Below, one piece after another: positions 58,267 through 64,000 of a stretch of 64,000 bases of DNA. Origin of the DNA: Macrostomum lignano (taxonomy: Eukaryota). The stretch spans positions 350,639-414,638 of the forward strand of contig NIVC01000906.1 of assembly GCA_002269645.1 (NCBI GenBank), in the 5' to 3' direction. Numbering within the stretch: the stretch's first letter is position 1; every line of letters begins with the position of its first letter. Made by a program: the position numbers and the translations under genes. A model generated the notes under the pieces. It ran no database searches. It was not told the DNA's origin and saw only the letters and a list, made by a program, of their open reading frames with translations.

Positions 58267-61200
58267 TCAGCTGATCGTGGATGCGGGCGTCAGCGCATAG
58301 TGTCCGTAGGGCAGGCTTCGATTACTGCTAAGCCACACTCGCTTATCCTCCCACACCGATAGGCTTCTTTTCTCCATGACCGACGTGAAGATTTCGTGTT
58401 TCTTGGAAACAATCGCTGTCATGGCAACCATCTGCTCTTGCTTGGACTCGAACGCGTCGACATAGTTCGCATGCGAAATTTGCTGTCTTACTACTGACTG
58501 CTTCACGCCTTTGGCAGTTTTCTTGATCTTTGCACTCGAATTCTCGGCAGGGAGAAACGAATAAAGTTTTGGACGCAAAAGAATCCACTCCTGGTAAATT
58601 CCACCAGCAGATTCATCTTTAACGCAGCCCAGCTTTCCTTTTAACTCTTCAGAGAAATGCGGATGGTCTCGAGAATAGTTGGATGTGTCAAGTATTTTTT
58701 CCTCTCTAAGCTTCGGGATTACCTCCGATGTTAAATCATGATTCTTGAAAGCTAGAAAAAATGAGTCAGTATCACCTCCGCAAAGCATCATGTCTCTGGA
58801 ACCGTCTGAATGACAGAACAGCGGTCGGAGCCTGTCATATAGTAGGCTGTACATGGCCATCTTAGAGAGATCGAGAACTGCCTGGCCAACGAAAATGGCC
58901 TTGTCAAGCGTGACTTTATCTTTTTTGAGCTGAAAAATGCTCAACGACTCATTGATAATCGAGAATGCGGCACAGTTTGGTCGAGAGGCGCAAGTTTCTG
59001 CTTGAGTCTGGTTAGTGCAAATTCGAACATCGCATCTTTTTCGAACGTTCTCCATAGTTTTTCCAAAGAGAGAATTGTTTTTCAATTTGTAAAAATCCTT
59101 AGCAAACTCGGAAGTTGCCAAAGCTCTTTTTTCATTGTTGCTGGCAATGTACGGCGCGAAAATATTTTCCTGCTTGAACGAAATCATTTTTTTGACGCAC
59201 TTGATCCGCATTCCGTGTTGCAGGTAAAATCTTAAAACGGTGCTGTGAACTACGTAAGAATCCTTGTCGGTACAGGTGAGTAGAAGCTTCTCCGTTGCTT
59301 GAAACTTAGCTTCAGCATTGCCAGTTCGCTGTTCAGCAATCTCTTTCCATAGTTCGGCCATGTACGGCGAGAATTGATCTGGCTGTGGTTTTGATTTTTC
59401 AGGTGCAAACGGTAACTCCTGAGTCGAATCGTGAATCTCAGCTGGGTATTCTAGATCGAGTTGAACAAGGTAGGCGATCTCGGCTTCTGGATTGAGTGAC
59501 AGAAACCGATTGGAGTCCCAGAACTGGATTTCCTGTTCCGGTACCCACCTGAATTCCCTGCATGGAAGCGGAAGCGACAGGGCAAAGCCATACAAGTTGT
59601 TCATATCGATCGGCATGAGGCTTACACTCTCTTGCTGATCATCATAACCTGGCAAGCTAGGATTATTACCTTTGACGCAATGCACATTAATGAAGGACAT
59701 GCCTCCTCGTATTCCCTTCTCAAACAGATGATACATGTCAGCATCAGTCAGCTGCTCTAGAACCACTCCAGTCGACTTTAGAGCTGAGTCGTAAGACAAA
59801 CCAGGAGTAGTAAAGTAGTGTACCGGATCCAATCCGTCCTCTTTCAGACTGGCCTGTCGGAATGTCTCGAAAATGTCAGCCAGCTGCCTTACATCCATTT
59901 CAAGATAGGCGAGCATATAATCCTTCAAACTTTTGCATTGAAATGCCGCCCATGCCGCTCTTGCTCTATTGTAGTCGTCGTCGGAAATTCCCCGATCGGA
60001 AAGTCGATTAAAAAAAGCATCTTTAGGCGGCAAAACCGACTGCTCGAGAATCTCAAATCCTGTGAGGTAATCATATGGGAAAATCCCTTTTTTTCGAAGT
60101 AGCTCTCTTGAAAGATGTGGTCTTGACTCAAGCATTTGCATTGTCAGCTTGCATTCAGCTTCGGGAAGATTAGCAAACAAATTGGACAAACTTCCCTTCA
60201 AAAAGCAGAGCGAGTCGATGAACTGAATTGTAAACATGATTGGCACAACTTTTCCGTTCTTTACGTAACTTGCAACAGGGAATTCCGCCCTTAGTGACAA
60301 GTATCGCTCGGATGATTGCGGAACAACACTAAGTTTCCAATTTTTCATGCTCCCAAGCGCAGTGGAAAGTAGAAGATGAAGGTCGTAGCCGCCTAAGTTG
60401 TGAAAAACCAGGGGCAGAAACCGGCGTCGGAGCTGTGCTCGCAGGTTGCATTCTTGACATGCTGCACCTTTGTACTGTCCATTTAAATGATCGTGGTCAA
60501 AATGTTTATCTGTAGAACTTTTAAAGTTCTTCTTGCAGTAGTGACATACCTCAGCAGAATTGAAATCATCCATGACGGTCGCGGATGATCGGTCAGCCGG
60601 CTGGTGGCTATGCTTCTGGTTCCAGTGAAATATATCCTGAGCCAGGCTTTCAAGAGATTTGAGAAAACCAAGGATACACTCATCAGGGTCCGCATTGCAA
60701 AAGACCTTGTACATGTCTCCTTCTGGCCTAAGCGGAGGTCCTGTCATGCCTTCACGAGGCACTGCAAGAAAAGCTGCTGCACATGGTTCATGCTTTGAGA
60801 TCAGGTTAGCAGGGTCTGTGTTCGCTCGCAAAATGGCTTCCAGGTCGGCATAGGCAACGAATGGTGGACTGACAGTGTTTTGACAGTTTCGGAACTTTAT
60901 TTCATTCTGTCCTGGAACTGGAAGCGTTTCTTTGACAGGATTTTCTGCAGTAATGCTGCATTCGTTCCTGTGCTCTTGAAGCCTCTCGTTGCTATAAAAT
61001 GATGTTAAACATTTCGTGCACCACTTCCTCATGGCGGGACCATTACGACTGTTCATTAACCTGTCAAAATTAGTAATTGCACACCAGTGCTCCGATCCGT
61101 AGCTGTCTTTAACTAGCAAAAGCATGAGGTGTCTTCGGTCATCTGACTCATGCTTGCGGCGACGGAGAAGAGTCACACTGCCCTGCTGCCAAGAGAACGC

Positions 61201-61596
61201 AGAAATGCAAATTCCTGGATTGTTAGACTCGACGCGATCGATATCAGCGACACTCACTGGCATGGAGATTTCTGCAAAGTCCAGCTCACGCAACCATTCA
61301 TCGTAAGAGGATATTCTGTTGGGCGATTTCTGAACTTTCGGATCGGCGCTGTGCAGTGCAGCGAGACAGGCGTACAGGAAACAGTCTTTGCCTGTGCTCG
61401 GTGGATTGATAACAGCCTTTTTGTTCTTCAAACTGGCAGGAAGATTGAATCTAACGGCTCTGCCCTGGCGAAATCGAATTGGATTGTACCTGGCAAGGTT
61501 GATGTCTAGAAAATTAATTTGTTTAATTGTCCAGCCACTGCCGTTCGTATTAATCATACTACAGATCCTCTCCAACTCCTGCTCCTGCTCAATCAA
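58267..61596 (-). CDS. polB: Protein-primed family B DNA polymerase with an endonuclease VII-like insert
   Basis: Exo YADLEA, FHNLGGYD and YLEMDV; Pol IDMNNLYG, KLKNNSLFGK, GDTDS and RPKLY; insert CHYC..DHDHLNG..KGAACQECN. The N-terminus extends upstream across a frameshift. Confidence 0.97.
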   Translation of the reverse strand: MIEQEQELERICSMINTNGSGWTIKQINFLDINLARYNPIRFRQGRAVRFNLPASLKNKKAVINPPSTGKDCFLYACLAALHSADPKVQKSPNRISSYDEWLRELDFAEISMPVSVADIDRVESNNPGICISAFSWQQGSVTLLRRRKHESDDRRHLMLLLVKDSYGSEHWCAITNFDRLMNSRNGPAMRKWCTKCLTSFYSNERLQEHRNECSITAENPVKETLPVPGQNEIKFRNCQNTVSPPFVAYADLEAILRANTDPANLISKHEPCAAAFLAVPREGMTGPPLRPEGDMYKVFCNADPDECILGFLKSLESLAQDIFHWNQKHSHQPADRSSATVMDDFNSAEVCHYCKKNFKSSTDKHFDHDHLNGQYKGAACQECNLRAQLRRRFLPLVFHNLGGYDLHLLLSTALGSMKNWKLSVVPQSSERYLSLRAEFPVASYVKNGKVVPIMFTIQFIDSLCFLKGSLSNLFANLPEAECKLTMQMLESRPHLSRELLRKKGIFPYDYLTGFEILEQSVLPPKDAFFNRLSDRGISDDDYNRARAAWAAFQCKSLKDYMLAYLEMDVRQLADIFETFRQASLKEDGLDPVHYFTTPGLSYDSALKSTGVVLEQLTDADMYHLFEKGIRGGMSFINVHCVKGNNPSLPGYDDQQESVSLMPIDMNNLYGFALSLPLPCREFRWVPEQEIQFWDSNRFLSLNPEAEIAYLVQLDLEYPAEIHDSTQELPFAPEKSKPQPDQFSPYMAELWKEIAEQRTGNAEAKFQATEKLLLTCTDKDSYVVHSTVLRFYLQHGMRIKCVKKMISFKQENIFAPYIASNNEKRALATSEFAKDFYKLKNNSLFGKTMENVRKRCDVRICTNQTQAETCASRPNCAAFSIINESLSIFQLKKDKVTLDKAIFVGQAVLDLSKMAMYSLLYDRLRPLFCHSDGSRDMMLCGGDTDSFFLAFKNHDLTSEVIPKLREEKILDTSNYSRDHPHFSEELKGKLGCVKDESAGGIYQEWILLRPKLYSFLPAENSSAKIKKTAKGVKQSVVRQQISHANYVDAFESKQEQMVAMTAIVSKKHEIFTSVMEKRSLSVWEDKRVWLSSNRSLPYGHYALTPASTIS

Positions 61597-62159
61597 CCAG
61601 TTGTTTAAACGGCCTGCTTCACCACCTAGGTCTAGGCCTGCATTTTACAGCTTATCCATCTGTCCTCTTCGGCAAGCATCTCCCCATCTCTTATTCGGAC
61701 CATTCGAATATTCGCCTTTAGCTGAACTTTGTAATGATGTCTTGAAATTCTTTGCTGAACTGCCTCAATAATTTTGTCTCCAGCTTGGACAAAAAATTCT
61801 GACGGAAGCGTGTCTGGGTGACTCGATCTGAGCCTCAGTATTTCCAGTGATTGATCATAGGCTTGGGCAACTCTGCTGAAGCTGACTGTTGAACCTGGTT
61901 TGTGGTTTTAGGATAATATTTTTGTTTTTTGCTGCCTATAGTTTCAAATATCAAAGATACTAAACTAAACGTCTGTACCCAAGCATACATGTACAACCCT
62001 ACCGGTATAAAGTCTTTTATCTCCCCTTCTCCCATTCTTTGGACTAAAATTTTAGACTGCATAATATACATCGCATTGATAAGAAAATTTTTAAGTAAGT
62101 TGAAAAGGATAAATAAAGGCACTTACCTTGGTGTGCATCAGTCACCGACTCGCTGTTGG

Positions 62160-62520
62160 CTGCTGACTCGCTGCTGGCTGCTGACTCGCTGCTGGCTGCT
62201 GACTCGCTGCTGGCTGCTGACTCGCTGCTGGCTGCTGACTCGCTGCTGGCTGCTGACTCGCTGCTGGCTGCCGACTCGCTGCTGGCTGCCGACTCGCTGC
62301 TGGCTGCCGACTCGCTGCTGGCTGCTGACTCGCTGCTGACGTCATGGTCCACCCAAGGGTGGTCATACTCGATCCACGAGTGGTCATCCTCCATCCACGA
62401 GTGGCCATTCTCCATCCATGAGTGGTCATTCTCCATCCATGAGTGGTCATTCTCCATCCATGAGTGGTCATTCTCCATCCATGAGTGGTCATTCTCCTGC
62501 TCCATCCAGGAGTGCTCAAC
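62160..62520. repeat. Adjacent 18-bp (SESAAS) and 21-bp (ENDHSWM) in-frame repeats
   Basis: Unit lengths are multiples of 3 and lie within one open minus-strand frame. Confidence 0.9.
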
Positions 62521-63539
62521 CATAGAAAAGGCAAGCAGTTAAAAGCTGACAGTGTTTACTGGCTGCAACTGAGTGTCATAAGCAACTGGGAGTGAATATT
62601 TGAAATCTTTTTCGTAAGTCTTTATTGCTGCAATACTGGTACAATATCCACACTTACAAGCTAGTAGATGCTGGTTATATTTTTTTGGTTCTCCTTAAGC
62701 TAGCTCTCTGCATGCATATTCTATTGATCCCTATTCGTAAAAGTTCGTTTCTATTTGCCTCCTACGCAGACTCAATCGGTAAAAAATGCAAAATGAAGCC
62801 AATAGTTAATTAACAAACCAATCACCGAGTGGAAAAATGCTGACATTATATATATTTTTTTAAAAAAAATATCGAATTCACATGGTGCAATCATAGTCAA
62901 TAAACAATGCATGGAACAATGAATTACAAATACAGACGAGAGTTTAGAAGCAGAAATATAGCTGAAAAGTTCAATAATTAAAGAATGAGGAAACACCGCG
63001 TCAAAGCAGTAGAAAGAAAATTATACCTAATCAATCGCACCAAGCATACGAAACCATCACCAATTTATTGAAAGTATGTTATGTTGATTTTAATTTGTTA
63101 AATTCAACTGTATAATGTTTCACCTACTTTTCAAATAATTTTTTTTACCTCGGATACCAAAAAAATATTGGTTGCCACTACGAGCTACGAGCTTTTTTTA
63201 AAACTAATTTGGAAATGAAAACTGAAAACTTATAAGCAAGATTCCTAGAAGCGAATACAGAGTTATGAGATGATCAAATCATTAATTAATGTACCTACTT
63301 TCAACTTTAAAAAGCTAGTTGAAATAAAGTTTTAGCAATAATTGCAATAAATGGGTAGATTTCTCACTCCACACAGAAAGCAAAAAAGTACAAAAATTGC
63401 TTAGTCACAGCGGCACAATTCTAATACGATTTTCGAAAATCGTTACCTCGTACCCAGCCCCGCCGACAGGAGGCAGAAAGAAGGCAACTCCAGCTGGCAC
63501 GGGTGGAGTTTCGGATTGAGAAGCTGGAATTGTAGAGGC

Positions 63540-64000
63540 TGCAGCTGGGGCGGCTGGAGCAGCTGGGGCAGAGAGCAGCTGGGGCGGCCAGAGCAGCTGG
63601 GGCGGCTGGAGCAGCTGGGGCGGCCAGAGCAGCTGGGGCCTGGAGCAGCTGGGGCAGCCAGAGCAGCTGGGGCGGCCAGAGCAGCTGGCGGCAGAGCAGC
63701 TGGGCGGCCAGAGCAGCTGGGCGGCCAGAGCAGCTGGGCGGCTGGAGCAGCTGGCGGCAGAGCAGCTGGGCGGCCAGAGCAGCTGGGCGGCCAGAGCAGC
63801 TGGGCGGCAGAGCAGCTGGGGAGCAGGCCAGAGCAGCTGGGGGCCAGAGCAGCTGGGCGCTGGAGCACGGGGGGCCAGAGCAGCTGGGGCGGCTGGAGCA
63901 GCTGGGGGGCCAGAGCAGCTGGGGCGGCCAGAGCAGCTGGGGCGGCCAGAGCAGCTGGGGCGGCCAGAGCAGCTGGGCGGCAGAGCAGCTGGGGCGGCTG
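63540..64000. repeat. GC-rich ~18-bp repeat (GAGCAGCTGGGGCGGCCA), running off the window
   Basis: Visible units of 15-18 bp. Confidence 0.9.

Larger units (their letters stand above)
49440..62523. mobile_element. Maverick/Polinton (adintovirus-like) endogenous DNA virus; termini not identified
   Basis: The hallmark set is present: integrase, penton, capsid, protease, ATPase and pPolB. ORFs are compact and mostly intronless. Confidence 0.95.

Noticed and set aside
48600-64000. Maverick terminal inverted repeats (AGT-type termini) and TSD
   Set aside because: I found no reverse-complement match by eye between 48600-49440 and 62500-64000; the right end may lie outside the window or be lost.

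Overview
Animal genomic DNA with GC-rich exons and a different minisatellite in most long introns; the style resembles the flatworm Macrostomum, but this is inference only. Bases 1-46 kb hold host genes: a UBE2Z-like first exon, MTCH2, a 2-TM orphan, an 8-exon IMPDH with a nested secreted LamG-like gene interrupted by an in-frame TGA, a 5-exon SLC17 transporter and a 12-exon FRRS1 (Reeler-DOMON-cytochrome b561). They are interspersed with two tRNA-derived SINE families, Merlin, RTE and RNase H LINE relics, and MITEs. From about 49 kb to at least 62.5 kb lies a nearly intact Maverick/Polinton (adintovirus-like) endogenous virus. It carries an integrase, penton, core protein, double jelly-roll capsid, protease, packaging ATPase and protein-primed PolB. 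Its sense gene cluster starts with a tandem-PC4 protein and ends with a divergent TATA-binding-protein homologue, and it lies downstream of an array of hairpin/GATA repeats and a CCAAT-TATA promoter. The TBP plus PC4 pair is the most unusual observation. All family calls come from motif recognition by eye; no database search was run.
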